Assembly: GCA_050950285.1 (NCBI GenBank)
Contig: JBMNHG010000002.1
Span: forward strand, 760,654 to 824,653
Length of the DNA: 64,000 nucleotides
DNA from: Kiritimatiellia bacterium
GTDB lineage: Bacteria > Verrucomicrobiota > Kiritimatiellia > RFP12 > JBMNHG01
Direction of reading: 5' to 3'
Positions 40,518-49,386 of the stretch are shown in pieces. The notes beneath the pieces are model-generated. The model ran no database searches and was not told the DNA's origin. It saw nothing but the letters and a program-made list of their open reading frames with translations. Numbering within the stretch: position 1 is the first letter of the stretch; the number at the start of each line of letters is the position of its first letter. The position numbers were made by a program, and so were the translations under genes.

Positions 40518-43500
40518 GTGTTGGCAATGTGGGTGGCGATCTGCGGGAACCGTGTATACGGGCCTTCTGCACGGTGGCCACCCCGCCCTTTGCGTGACGT
40601 TCCTCGCCACGCTGGGCCTCTCCTGGCGCAAGCGCAAGCGCACGCCGCCTGCCGGCCCTTGATGGTCCCCGCAAACGCCCCTCCATCCGGAACCGCTTCT
40701 GCTCCGGTGTCATGAATCTTGCGCTACAGGGGTGGATCAAACAAGGCTTGCCGCCGCCGTTGGCCCGTGCTACGTTCCCCACCATGGATACAAGTTGCAT
40801 TTCCTCCCTTGGGCCGCAGTTCCGGCGGCGCGCCGTTTTTCTCCGGGGCATTGCCGCCTGTGCCGCCGACGGCGCCGTGATCCTTCTGCGGTAGAGCCAT
40901 GGGACTCCTGCAGTCGATACGCCATTGGATGTTCGCGGGCGCCTGCCTGCTGGCCGGCGTGCCGCTGCTCTTCTGCATCGGCGCCTGGGCCGGGACGTCG
41001 CCCGGCCTGCGCCGCCTCTTCCGCGCTCTCGGCGACCGGTTCCGCTCGCTTGCGCCCTCCGTCAGGGCGGCGCTCTCCGCCCTCCTGGCGGTCGCCACCC
41101 TGCACGGCGTCCCGAAGGTGCCGCCCGGAAGCAACGCCCCGTCTTCCGGCCCTCCCCCGGCGGGCATGGTTTCCGGCGGCCTCCCGGCGCGGCCCGCGCG
41201 CGGCCCCTCCTCCGGCCCCCGCCTGACCGCCGGCCAGTACCGGGCCGGCTTCGCGCTCGCGCGCGTCGCCACCAATCCGTCTCCCGCCCTGGCCTCCGTC
41301 CCGTCGAACGCCGTCGTCCACGCCCCCTGGGCCCGCTACGGGGTGGCCGAGGACACCTTCTGGCTTCCCGCCACCAACTGGTCCTTCACCCTCGGCACCA
41401 ACCGCGTCGGGGGGCTGCACGTCTCCAGCAGCGGCACGCTCTCCTTCGGTTGGCCCAAGGGCTCGCCCCGCGCCCGCCGGATGCCCGACGGCTCGGGCCT
41501 CGACTTCCTCGCCCCCTTGCAGACCTCCCTCGGCATCGTCCCGCCGGCCGGACGCTTCTGGCACGCCCCGACCGCCTCCAACAGCCTGCTGCTCGCCTGG
41601 CAGGACGTCTTCGCCGGCCGCGACGCCGGCCTCCCCGTCACCTTCCAGGCCGAACTCTTCCCCTCCGGCGACTTCGTCTACCGCTACGACCTGTCCCGGC
41701 TGTCCGCCACCAACGCGCCGCCCGCCACCAACTGGGTCGTCGGCGCCCAGCACGGCGGCGGCGGCGAGACCTTCGCCTTCGGCGGCACGGGCGTCCTCGT
41801 CCACGGCCTCGAACTCCACTGGCGCGCCTTCGGCATGCTCGATCCGGACATCGCCGACCACGACGGCGACGGACTCTCCACCTGCGACGAGGTGATGGTC
41901 CACGGCACCGACCCCCGCCTGCCCGACATCGACCTCGACGGCCTCGCGGACCCGGACGAACTGGCCCTCGGAACCGGCCCGCGCAATCCCGACGCCGACG
42001 GCGACGGGCTGCCGGACGGCATCGACCCGGAGCCGTTTGCCTGGAACGATCCCGACGCCGACGCCGACGGCGACGGCTGCCCCCTCTGGCAGGAACTGCT
42101 CCATGGGACCAGCGACGCGGTCCCCGGCGACGTGGCACGACTCCTGGCCGACGGCTTCCGCACCGTCGTCTTCACCGTCGCCGGCACGCCCGGCCCCGGC
42201 ACGGTGCTGGCGCTTGGCGGCCGTCCCCTCCTGCTGGAGGGACGGGAAGAGTTCAGCCTCGACCTGCCCGACGGCTCGTCCATCCCCCTCGCGCTCGGCA
42301 ACGCCCCCGGCGTCTCGGTGTCGGCCGCCTCGACCGGCTGCATCGTCCTGGCCGGCCGCACCGGCGGCCTGGCGCCCGGCGGGAAGGGCGCGGGCGCGGC
42401 GACCCTGGTGTTGCCGGCCGTCACCGTCGGTTCCGGCGGGATCGTCTGCCTGCACGATGCGCATCAGCCGATCGTGGCCAGCGTCACGGACGGCCTTCCG
42501 GGAACCTACAACTGGGAGTGGATCAACGGCGCCATCTATGGCGGCAGAAGCCCCGTGATATCGCCATCGTGGATCCTGCCCGGCCGGCTCACGGTGCGGT
42601 TCCTGCCCGACGACGGGAACGGGGTCGGGTGCGGGACGTCCGCGATGGTCGAGCAGTGCCACCGCTTCTATTGCGACCATGGCCGGCCGGCGCGCGAGTG
42701 CGGCATCTGCACGGGCGGAAGTCCGGAGGAGTGGTGTTCGCTTCACGGCGAGTGGAAATGCGTCTGCGCCTGCCTGACGCTGGGCGGCGGCGGGATGCTG
42801 GCGCCGGGTGGCGAAGCCGGCTTCATGCTTGGCTCCGAAAATGACGGTTGCATGCGCCACATCCACCACGCGCGCTGCTGCGCCTGTCCCGGGCACATGG
42901 CGCTGGGCGGCTGGTGGGCGGAGAAGAAGACCAACGTGGTCCGCCGGATCTCGGCGCGCCTCGATGTGCGGCGCGACGGCGTCCCGGTCGCGGCCGGCGA
43001 CCGCTTCGCCGGCCCGGCCCCGCTGACGGCCGGGGGGCTGGTTCCCAGCACGGCGTTCGGCGACGCCCAAGTCGTCGCCAGCCACGAGCTGCATCCGTCG
43101 CACACGGCCACCTCGTCCTGGACGGTGGCCGCCATCGGCCTCGACGCGGCGGGCACTGCCGGCGGGCACTGCCGCATCCGCGGCGGCACCGGCTGCGTCT
43201 CGCGCGTGGCGGTCCTCACCGAGTCGGCGCTGGCGGAGGGAAGCCTGCGGCTCGCCGCCTCCGCGGGGTTGCGCTTCAGCGTTGTCGAGGGCGCGCCCTG
43301 GGCCGCCGCACGGTCGGCCCTCACGAACACGCCCCCCGCCTCGGTCGCGGCCAGCCGCGACTTCTGGCTAAGCGCCCAGGTTGGCGGTGATTACGAGCTG
43401 GGCTACAAGCTGCTCGATCCCGCGCAAAGGGTCCGCCTCTCGACCAACCTCCTCGTCGAGGCCATCGTCGCCAGACTGGCGACGAACGCCTACTACACCG

Positions 43501-43720
43501 CCTGCGGGAGCACCGCCGGGATCACCGTCAACCTCGCGCCCTCCAGCCACGACCCCGAAGGCTACACGCTCAGCCTCGACGGCACTCCCATCGCCGACGG
43601 CCAGCCGCCCTGGCCGGTGTCCGTCGGCAACCTCGCCGTCGGCGCGCACTCCCTGACGGTGCAGTCCGCCACCTTCCCCGACCTCGCGGACGAGGCCACG
43701 CTGTATGTCGTGAGAGTAGA
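40518..43720 (+). repeat. direct repeat copy A (~3.2 kb, >99% identical to 45419..48620): promoter region plus 5' 2.8 kb of toxin gene
   Basis: Base-for-base comparison of the two regions shows only ~10 substitutions; identity ends right after codons ...ATLYVVRVD. Confidence 0.8.
40577..40653 (+). repeat. ~75-bp copy of the 3' end of lnt (incl. stop codon) at left edge of toxin unit A
   Basis: CCCGCCCTTTGCGTGACGTTCCTCGCCACGCTGGGCCTCTCCTGGCGCAAGCGCAAGCGCACGCCGCCTGCCGGCCCTTGA versus lnt 33853..33929 (CCCGCCCTTTGCGTGACGCTTCTCGCCACGCTGGGCCTCTCCTGGCGCAAGCGCACGCCGCCTGCCGACCCTTGA). Confidence 0.55.
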
Positions 43721-44699
43721 CACCATTGAAGCCTCATCTCCGGTTGCCACCAATTCGCCGCAGCTTTTTGATGGTCACAAGACCAACTTTGGTAATCCGT
43801 GTTCCGCTGTTTCACCTGGCCAAGCGCTCATCATATTCTATGACGCCGTTATCGACGCTAGCTATAATGTTCAAGACTTCGATATCACACTCAAAGCAAA
43901 TGTCCTGCCAACAAGTCTAACGGCCAACCAACTTAATGAAAGCTGGGCCAAGGTAGAAGGTCCATCTTCTGGTAACCTGAACCGGACAGACACCTTCGAG
44001 GTCAAATTCCAGAACCCGAAAGTGGGTGGGTTGTATCAGTTTGAATTTGATCTAGGGTTGACTGGTTGCGCCAAGAGTGGAGCGAATGTGGACTTGCCGC
44101 TTGCAGGTGCTGATATGACCACATGGCTTGACACAGAGACCAAGGCTGTTGGTACTTGGGCAACCATGCACCGTGCTTTAACAGAGATGGCCAACTACAG
44201 TGCGATTCCTGGTGTTACCAAATACAATGTTTATCGAACATGGTGTTTGATATCCAGTTCGGACTTCGACTACACATTTGATCCTGTTGATGCTCAGCGA
44301 CAAGCACCATGTAGGCGTTTCCAACCACCGGCGGGCTCATATGGTTATGTCACTGTCAACGGCGTTGTTGTTCACGGCAGCAAACTCAACAATATGATGT
44401 GGGCGCTTTTTGGTAGATATTGGGGATACAGCGAAACTAGTCTCCGCATGGGCGCGCATTTGAACCAACTTGGACGAAACCTGAGAATTGACGGTGCAAC
44501 ATCACAGAATTCCATTGGCCTGGGTTCTGACATCCACAACAATCCTGCAGCCAACATCACGAACATATTGACGCATACAAGCCTTCGATCACTGCAAGAC
44601 CCATCGTCACTGATCGAAGAAAGGCTCTGGCCATCACCATATCCTGCAGAAGCCGGAAATTCATTTTTTAATCGACCAACGCTGTCAACAACGCCATAG
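40899..44699 (+). CDS. polymorphic toxin candidate A (1266 aa): signal/TM N-terminus, TSP3-like Ca-binding repeats, Cys/His-rich module, conserved pre-toxin junction, unique low-GC C-terminal domain (~340 aa)
   Basis: MGLLQSIRHWMFAGACLLAGVPLLFCIGAWAG signal-like N-terminus; DPDIADHDGDGLSTCDEV / DIDLDGLADPDE / NPDADGDGLPDGIDPEPF / DPDADADGDGCPLWQE repeats; CHRFYCDHGRPARECGICTGG...CMRHIHHARCCACPGH; junction PDLADEATLYVVRVD then divergent tail at ~47% GC. Confidence 0.7.
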   Translation: MGLLQSIRHWMFAGACLLAGVPLLFCIGAWAGTSPGLRRLFRALGDRFRSLAPSVRAALSALLAVATLHGVPKVPPGSNAPSSGPPPAGMVSGGLPARPARGPSSGPRLTAGQYRAGFALARVATNPSPALASVPSNAVVHAPWARYGVAEDTFWLPATNWSFTLGTNRVGGLHVSSSGTLSFGWPKGSPRARRMPDGSGLDFLAPLQTSLGIVPPAGRFWHAPTASNSLLLAWQDVFAGRDAGLPVTFQAELFPSGDFVYRYDLSRLSATNAPPATNWVVGAQHGGGGETFAFGGTGVLVHGLELHWRAFGMLDPDIADHDGDGLSTCDEVMVHGTDPRLPDIDLDGLADPDELALGTGPRNPDADGDGLPDGIDPEPFAWNDPDADADGDGCPLWQELLHGTSDAVPGDVARLLADGFRTVVFTVAGTPGPGTVLALGGRPLLLEGREEFSLDLPDGSSIPLALGNAPGVSVSAASTGCIVLAGRTGGLAPGGKGAGAATLVLPAVTVGSGGIVCLHDAHQPIVASVTDGLPGTYNWEWINGAIYGGRSPVISPSWILPGRLTVRFLPDDGNGVGCGTSAMVEQCHRFYCDHGRPARECGICTGGSPEEWCSLHGEWKCVCACLTLGGGGMLAPGGEAGFMLGSENDGCMRHIHHARCCACPGHMALGGWWAEKKTNVVRRISARLDVRRDGVPVAAGDRFAGPAPLTAGGLVPSTAFGDAQVVASHELHPSHTATSSWTVAAIGLDAAGTAGGHCRIRGGTGCVSRVAVLTESALAEGSLRLAASAGLRFSVVEGAPWAAARSALTNTPPASVAASRDFWLSAQVGGDYELGYKLLDPAQRVRLSTNLLVEAIVARLATNAYYTACGSTAGITVNLAPSSHDPEGYTLSLDGTPIADGQPPWPVSVGNLAVGAHSLTVQSATFPDLADEATLYVVRVDTIEASSPVATNSPQLFDGHKTNFGNPCSAVSPGQALIIFYDAVIDASYNVQDFDITLKANVLPTSLTANQLNESWAKVEGPSSGNLNRTDTFEVKFQNPKVGGLYQFEFDLGLTGCAKSGANVDLPLAGADMTTWLDTETKAVGTWATMHRALTEMANYSAIPGVTKYNVYRTWCLISSSDFDYTFDPVDAQRQAPCRRFQPPAGSYGYVTVNGVVVHGSKLNNMMWALFGRYWGYSETSLRMGAHLNQLGRNLRIDGATSQNSIGLGSDIHNNPAANITNILTHTSLRSLQDPSSLIEERLWPSPYPAEAGNSFFNRPTLSTTP

Positions 44700-44717
44700 C
44701 AAGGTAGGGAGAACATC

Positions 44718-45212
44718 ATGAAGCGAATCGTATCAGCATTGTCATTTGCGCTGCTGTTTGCCTTGGCAAACGCCATGGCCCAGAAGCCGCCGGAACCAAT
44801 AGAAGTTGCCAATAGCGTCTCCAACCTGTGGATGGCGCAAGACTTCAGCGGGATGAGCACATACGTGTCTAATCTCTACAACACATGTTCTAACTACGTG
44901 CCCGCCATCTTGGCGGCAAGTTTTCATGACGGTGTCTATTTGGGTAAACTGTCTCAGGCCTTCGACAAGCTAGCCCGTGTCAGGGGATGTGTTACTAATA
45001 ACCCGCAGAGTTTTACGGTCGAGTTTCGAGATCTTCTTGGAGAATTGCAATCCGAAACGAAGAGGGAAATTGATCTCCATGCCAGAATGGGCACATCGCC
45101 CCAGGCCTTGGAATCCAATGCGTCCCCACAAACTGTTCGCAGTTTATGGGGCACCGAGCTTTTGCCTGAAATTAATATTCTCTATTACGCACCTGCCACC
45201 AATGTGCCATGA
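44718..45212 (+). CDS. small secreted protein, candidate immunity protein for toxin A C-terminal domain
   Basis: Starts 19 nt after toxin A stop with SD AGGGAG; signal peptide MKRIVSALSFALLFALANAMA; low GC like the toxin tail. Confidence 0.5.
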   Translation: MKRIVSALSFALLFALANAMAQKPPEPIEVANSVSNLWMAQDFSGMSTYVSNLYNTCSNYVPAILAASFHDGVYLGKLSQAFDKLARVRGCVTNNPQSFTVEFRDLLGELQSETKREIDLHARMGTSPQALESNASPQTVRSLWGTELLPEINILYYAPATNVP

Positions 45213-45274
45213 GGTGAACATGCGTAAATTTTTGCCTGCCGTGACAACGAATGATGTGGCGCAATGGGTACAGA

Positions 45275-45410
45275 AAGGCGAGCATAACCAACAAGCCCAT
45301 GACCTACAGGCGTTTTCTGAAAGCTATCGAAGACGACGGACTGCTAGGCAATTAGCACCGTCCAAAAAGAGTCACAATGAGCCGTATTCACACTGCTGCG
45401 TGTTTGTTCA
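45275..45410 (+). repeat. junction remnant: duplicate of 52546..52683 (3' end of gene 52164..52634 plus 5' start of gene 52656..53021)
   Basis: Identical run AAAGGCGAGCATAACCAACAAGCCCATGACCTACAGGCG...GGCAATTAGCACCGTCCAAAAAGAGTCACAATGAGCCGTATTCACACTGCTGCGTGTTTGTT in both places; at 45.4 kb it ends abruptly where repeat copy B begins. Confidence 0.65.
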
Positions 45411-45418
45411 TGTTTGTA

Positions 45419-48400
45419 AGTGTTGGCAATGTGGGTGGCGATCTGCGGGAACCGTGTATACGGGCCTTCTGCACGGTGGCCACCCCGCCCTTTGCGTGAC
45501 GTTCCTCGCCACGCTGGGCCTCTCCTGGCGCAAGCGCAAGCGCACGCCGCCTGCCGACCCTTGATGGTCCCCGCAAACGCCCCTCCATCCGGAACCGCTT
45601 CTGCTCCGGCGTCATGAATCTTGCGCTACAGGGGTGGATCAAACAAGGCTTGCCGCCGCCGTTGCCCCGTGCTACGTTCCCCACCATGGATGCAAGTTGC
45701 ATTTCCTCCCTTGGGCCGCAGTTCCGGCGGCGCGCCGTTTTTCTCCGGGCCGTCGCCGCCTGTCTTGTCGCGGCGCCGTGATCCTTCCGAGGTAGAGCCA
45801 TGGGACTCCTGCAGTCGATACGCCATTGGATGTTCGCGGGCGCCTGCCTGCTGGCCGGCGTGCCGCTGCTCTTCTGCCTCGGCGCCTGGGCCGGGACGTC
45901 GCCCGGCCTGCGCCGCCTCTTCCGCGCTCTCGGCGACCGGTTCCGCTCGCTTTCGCCCTCCGTCAGGGCGGCGCTCTCCGCCCTCCTGGCGGTCGCCACC
46001 CTGCACGGCGTCCCGAAGGTGCCGCCCGGAAGCAACGCCCCGTCTTCCGGCCCTCCCCCGGCGGGCATGGTCTCCGGCGGCCTCCCGGCGCGGCCCGCGC
46101 GCGGCCCCTCCTCCGGCCCCCGCCTGACCGCCGGCCAGTACCGGGCCGGCTTCGCGCTCGCGCGCGTCGCCACCAATCCGTCTCCCGCCCTGGCCTCCGT
46201 CCCGTCGAACGCCGTCGTCCACGCCCCCTGGACCCGCTACGGGGTGGCCGAGGACACCTTCTGGCTCCCCGCCACCAACTGGTCCTTCACCCTCGGCACC
46301 AACCGCGTCGGGGGGCTGCACGTCTCCAGCAGCGGCACGCTCTCCTTCGGTTGGCCCAAGGGCTCGCCCCGTGCCCGCCGGATGCCCGACGGCTCGGGCC
46401 TCGACTTCCTCGCCCCCCTGCAGACCTCCCTCGGCATCGTCCCGCCGGCCGGACGCTTCTGGCACGCCCCGACCGCCTCCAACAGCCTGCTCCTCGCCTG
46501 GCAGGACGTCTTCGCCGGCCGCGACGCCGGCCTCCCCGTCACCTTCCAGGCCGAACTCTTCCCCTCCGGCGACTTCGTCTACCGCTACGACCTGTCACGG
46601 CTGTCCGCCACCAACGCGCTGCCGGCCGCCAACTGGGTCGTCGGCGCCCAGCACGGCGGCGGCGGCGAGACCTTCGCCTTCGGCGGCACGGGCGTCCTCG
46701 TCCACGGCCTCGAACTCCACTGGCGCGCCTTCGGCATGCTCGACCCGGACATCGCCGACCACGACGGCGACGGACTCTCCACCTGCGACGAGGTGATGGT
46801 CCACGGCACCGACCCCCGCCTGCCCGACACCGACCTCGACGGCCTCGCGGACCCGGACGAACTGGCCCTCGGAACCGGCCCGCGCAATCCCGACGCCGAC
46901 GGCGACGGGCTGCCGGACGGCATCGACCCGGAGCCGTTTGCCTGGAACGATCCCGACGCCGACGCCGACGGCGACGGCTGCCCCCTCTGGCAGGAACTGC
47001 TCCATGGGACCAGCGACGCGGTCCCCGGCGACGTGGCACGACTCCTGGCCGACGGCTTCCGCACCGTCGTCTTCACCGTCGCCGGCACGCCCGGCCCCGG
47101 CACGGTGCTGGCGCTTGGCGGCCGTCCCCTCCTGCTGGAGGGACGGGAAGAGTTCAGCCTCGACCTGCCCGACGGCTCGTCCATCCCCCTCGCGCTCGGC
47201 AACGCCCCCGGCGTCTCGGTGTCGGCCGCCTCGACCGGCTGCATCGTCCTGGCCGGCCGCACCGGCGGCCTGGCGCCCGGCGGGAAGGGCGCGGGCGCGG
47301 CGACCCTGGTGTTGCCGGCCGTCACCGTCGGTTCCGGCGGGATCGTCTGCCTGCACGATGCGCATCAGCCGATCGTGGCCAGCGTCACGGACGGCCTTCC
47401 GGGAACCTACAACTGGGAGTGGATCAACGGCGCCATCTATGGCGGCAGAAGCCCCGTGATATCGCCATCGTGGATCCTGCCCGGCCGGCTCACGGTGCGG
47501 TTCCTGCCCGACGACGGGAACGGGGTCGGGTGCGGGACGTCCGCGATGGTCGAGCAGTGCCACCGCTTCTATTGCGACCATGGCCGGCCGGCGCGCGAGT
47601 GCGGCATCTGCACGGGCGGAAGTCCGGAGGAGTGGTGTTCGCTTCACGGCGAGTGGAAATGCGTCTGCGCCTGCCTGACGCTGGGCGGCGGCGGGATGCT
47701 GGCGCCGGGTGGCGAAGCCGGCTTCATGCTTGGCTCCGAAAATGACGGTTGCATGCGCCACATCCACCACGCGCGCTGCTGCGCCTGTCCCGGGCACATG
47801 GCGCTGGGCGGCTGGTGGGCGGAGAAGAAGACCAACGTGGTCCGTCGGATCTCGGCGCGCCTCGATGTGCGGCGCGACGGCGCCCCGGTCGCGGCCGGCG
47901 ACCGCTTCGCCGGCCCGGCCCCGCTGACGGCCGGGGGGCTGGTTCCCAGCACGGCGTTCGGCGACGCCCAAGTCGTCGCCAGCCACGAGCTGCATCCGTC
48001 GCACACGGCCACCTCGTCCTGGACGGTGGCCGCCATCGGCCTCGACGCGGCGGGCACTGCCGGCGGGCACTGCCGCATCCGCGGCGGCACCGGCTGCGTC
48101 TCGCGCGTGGCGGTCCTCACCGAGTCGGCGCTGGCGGAGGGAAGCCTGCGGCTCGCCGCCTCCGCGGGGTTGCGCTTCAGCGTTGTCGAGGGCGCGCCCT
48201 GGGCCGCCGCACGGTCGGCCCTCACGAACACGCCCCCCGCCTCGGTCGCGGCCAGCCGCGACTTCTGGCTAAGCGCCCAGGTTGGCGGTGATTACGAGCT
48301 GGGCTACAAGCTGCTCGATCCCGCGCAAAGGGTCCGCCTCTCGACCAACCTCCTCGTCGAGGCCATCGTCGCCAGACTGGCGACGAACGCCTACTACACC

Positions 48401-48620
48401 GCCTGCGGGAGCACCGCCGGGATCACCGTCAACCTCGCGCCCTCCAGCCACGACCCCGAAGGCTACACGCTCAGGCTCGACGGCACTCCCATCGCCGACG
48501 GCCAGCCGCCCTGGCCGGTGTCCGTCAGCAACCTCGCCGCCGGCGCGCACTCCCTGACGCTTCAATCCAACACCTTCCCCGACCTCGCGGACGAGGCCAC
48601 GCTGTATGTCGTGAGAGTTG
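45419..48620 (+). repeat. direct repeat copy B (~3.2 kb) of 40518..43720
   Basis: See copy A; includes second lnt-3'-like element at 45478..45554. Confidence 0.8.
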
Positions 48621-49378
48621 ATTCTGTTGAGCCGGACTCCATGGCAAATCTTCAGGAGATCGATGACGGTGACGGCAATTCCAGGACGCGTGTTTTTGTC
48701 GTTCCTGTGGAACAGGCCTTGGAGTTTCCCTCAACTCCTGTTACGGTGCGGGCAAACCTGGTGCCGACCATTTCCGAGAGCCAGCTTCCCGCCGGCTGGA
48801 CTATTGAGGGTGGCACAGGCTCTGGAAAACTGACCAGAATTATTTGGCGGTACGTTTCAACGGGAGCTTCCAAAACAGAATTCACTTTTTCGTGCGGCGG
48901 CACAGACTCGGGATTTAAGACAACCGTCTATGTCTATGATGCAAGGGTGGCTCTTTTCGCTGACGAGGGGGACTTGCAGAATCTTGAGGTTGGACATAGC
49001 TGGGGGCGCTACAGCATAGATGACGACACATGTACGGATCTAATTGACTCCGATTACTGGGACTATTTTCAAGAGATAGGCTTCTGGCCTTCCATAGCGG
49101 GAAATGCAGACTGTGCAGGAGACGTTCGCTTGGGGGGTGATGCGGTAGGGGCACATTTGCCGACAGGCTGGAAGGAATATCCTATCAGCTTAATTCCCCT
49201 GTTGCTTGCCTTGCCACAGGTGAAAGCCAGCGATGACGCTCCGCCTTGGTACAACCTTTTCAACTATAACTGCACGGACTACGCCATTGGCATTGGCGAG
49301 GCCGTCAACATCTACACGATGGACGCTTCCGGCTTGAGCACTCCCTGGGCCTTCTCGGGCTGGTTGAATGCGCATTGA
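45800..49378 (+). CDS. polymorphic toxin candidate B (1192 aa): same core as A, different low-GC C-terminal domain (~250 aa)
   Basis: First ~940 aa >99% identical to toxin A; after PDLADEATLYVVRVD the tail is SVEPDSMANLQEIDDGDGNSRTRVFVV... with HSWGRY and NYNCTDYAIGIGEA motifs (possible His/Cys enzyme; speculative). Confidence 0.7.
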   Translation: MGLLQSIRHWMFAGACLLAGVPLLFCLGAWAGTSPGLRRLFRALGDRFRSLSPSVRAALSALLAVATLHGVPKVPPGSNAPSSGPPPAGMVSGGLPARPARGPSSGPRLTAGQYRAGFALARVATNPSPALASVPSNAVVHAPWTRYGVAEDTFWLPATNWSFTLGTNRVGGLHVSSSGTLSFGWPKGSPRARRMPDGSGLDFLAPLQTSLGIVPPAGRFWHAPTASNSLLLAWQDVFAGRDAGLPVTFQAELFPSGDFVYRYDLSRLSATNALPAANWVVGAQHGGGGETFAFGGTGVLVHGLELHWRAFGMLDPDIADHDGDGLSTCDEVMVHGTDPRLPDTDLDGLADPDELALGTGPRNPDADGDGLPDGIDPEPFAWNDPDADADGDGCPLWQELLHGTSDAVPGDVARLLADGFRTVVFTVAGTPGPGTVLALGGRPLLLEGREEFSLDLPDGSSIPLALGNAPGVSVSAASTGCIVLAGRTGGLAPGGKGAGAATLVLPAVTVGSGGIVCLHDAHQPIVASVTDGLPGTYNWEWINGAIYGGRSPVISPSWILPGRLTVRFLPDDGNGVGCGTSAMVEQCHRFYCDHGRPARECGICTGGSPEEWCSLHGEWKCVCACLTLGGGGMLAPGGEAGFMLGSENDGCMRHIHHARCCACPGHMALGGWWAEKKTNVVRRISARLDVRRDGAPVAAGDRFAGPAPLTAGGLVPSTAFGDAQVVASHELHPSHTATSSWTVAAIGLDAAGTAGGHCRIRGGTGCVSRVAVLTESALAEGSLRLAASAGLRFSVVEGAPWAAARSALTNTPPASVAASRDFWLSAQVGGDYELGYKLLDPAQRVRLSTNLLVEAIVARLATNAYYTACGSTAGITVNLAPSSHDPEGYTLRLDGTPIADGQPPWPVSVSNLAAGAHSLTLQSNTFPDLADEATLYVVRVDSVEPDSMANLQEIDDGDGNSRTRVFVVPVEQALEFPSTPVTVRANLVPTISESQLPAGWTIEGGTGSGKLTRIIWRYVSTGASKTEFTFSCGGTDSGFKTTVYVYDARVALFADEGDLQNLEVGHSWGRYSIDDDTCTDLIDSDYWDYFQEIGFWPSIAGNADCAGDVRLGGDAVGAHLPTGWKEYPISLIPLLLALPQVKASDDAPPWYNLFNYNCTDYAIGIGEAVNIYTMDASGLSTPWAFSGWLNAH

Positions 49379-49386
49379 GGTTTTTG

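Noticed and set aside
40770-43169. 799-aa and 491-aa minus-strand ORFs inside toxin genes A and B (and 40925..42844 / 45826..47745 plus-strand alternative frames)
   Set aside because: Pro/Arg/Gly-rich junk frames of a GC-rich coding region. The toxin frame has coherent repeats and is duplicated with synonymous-type differences.
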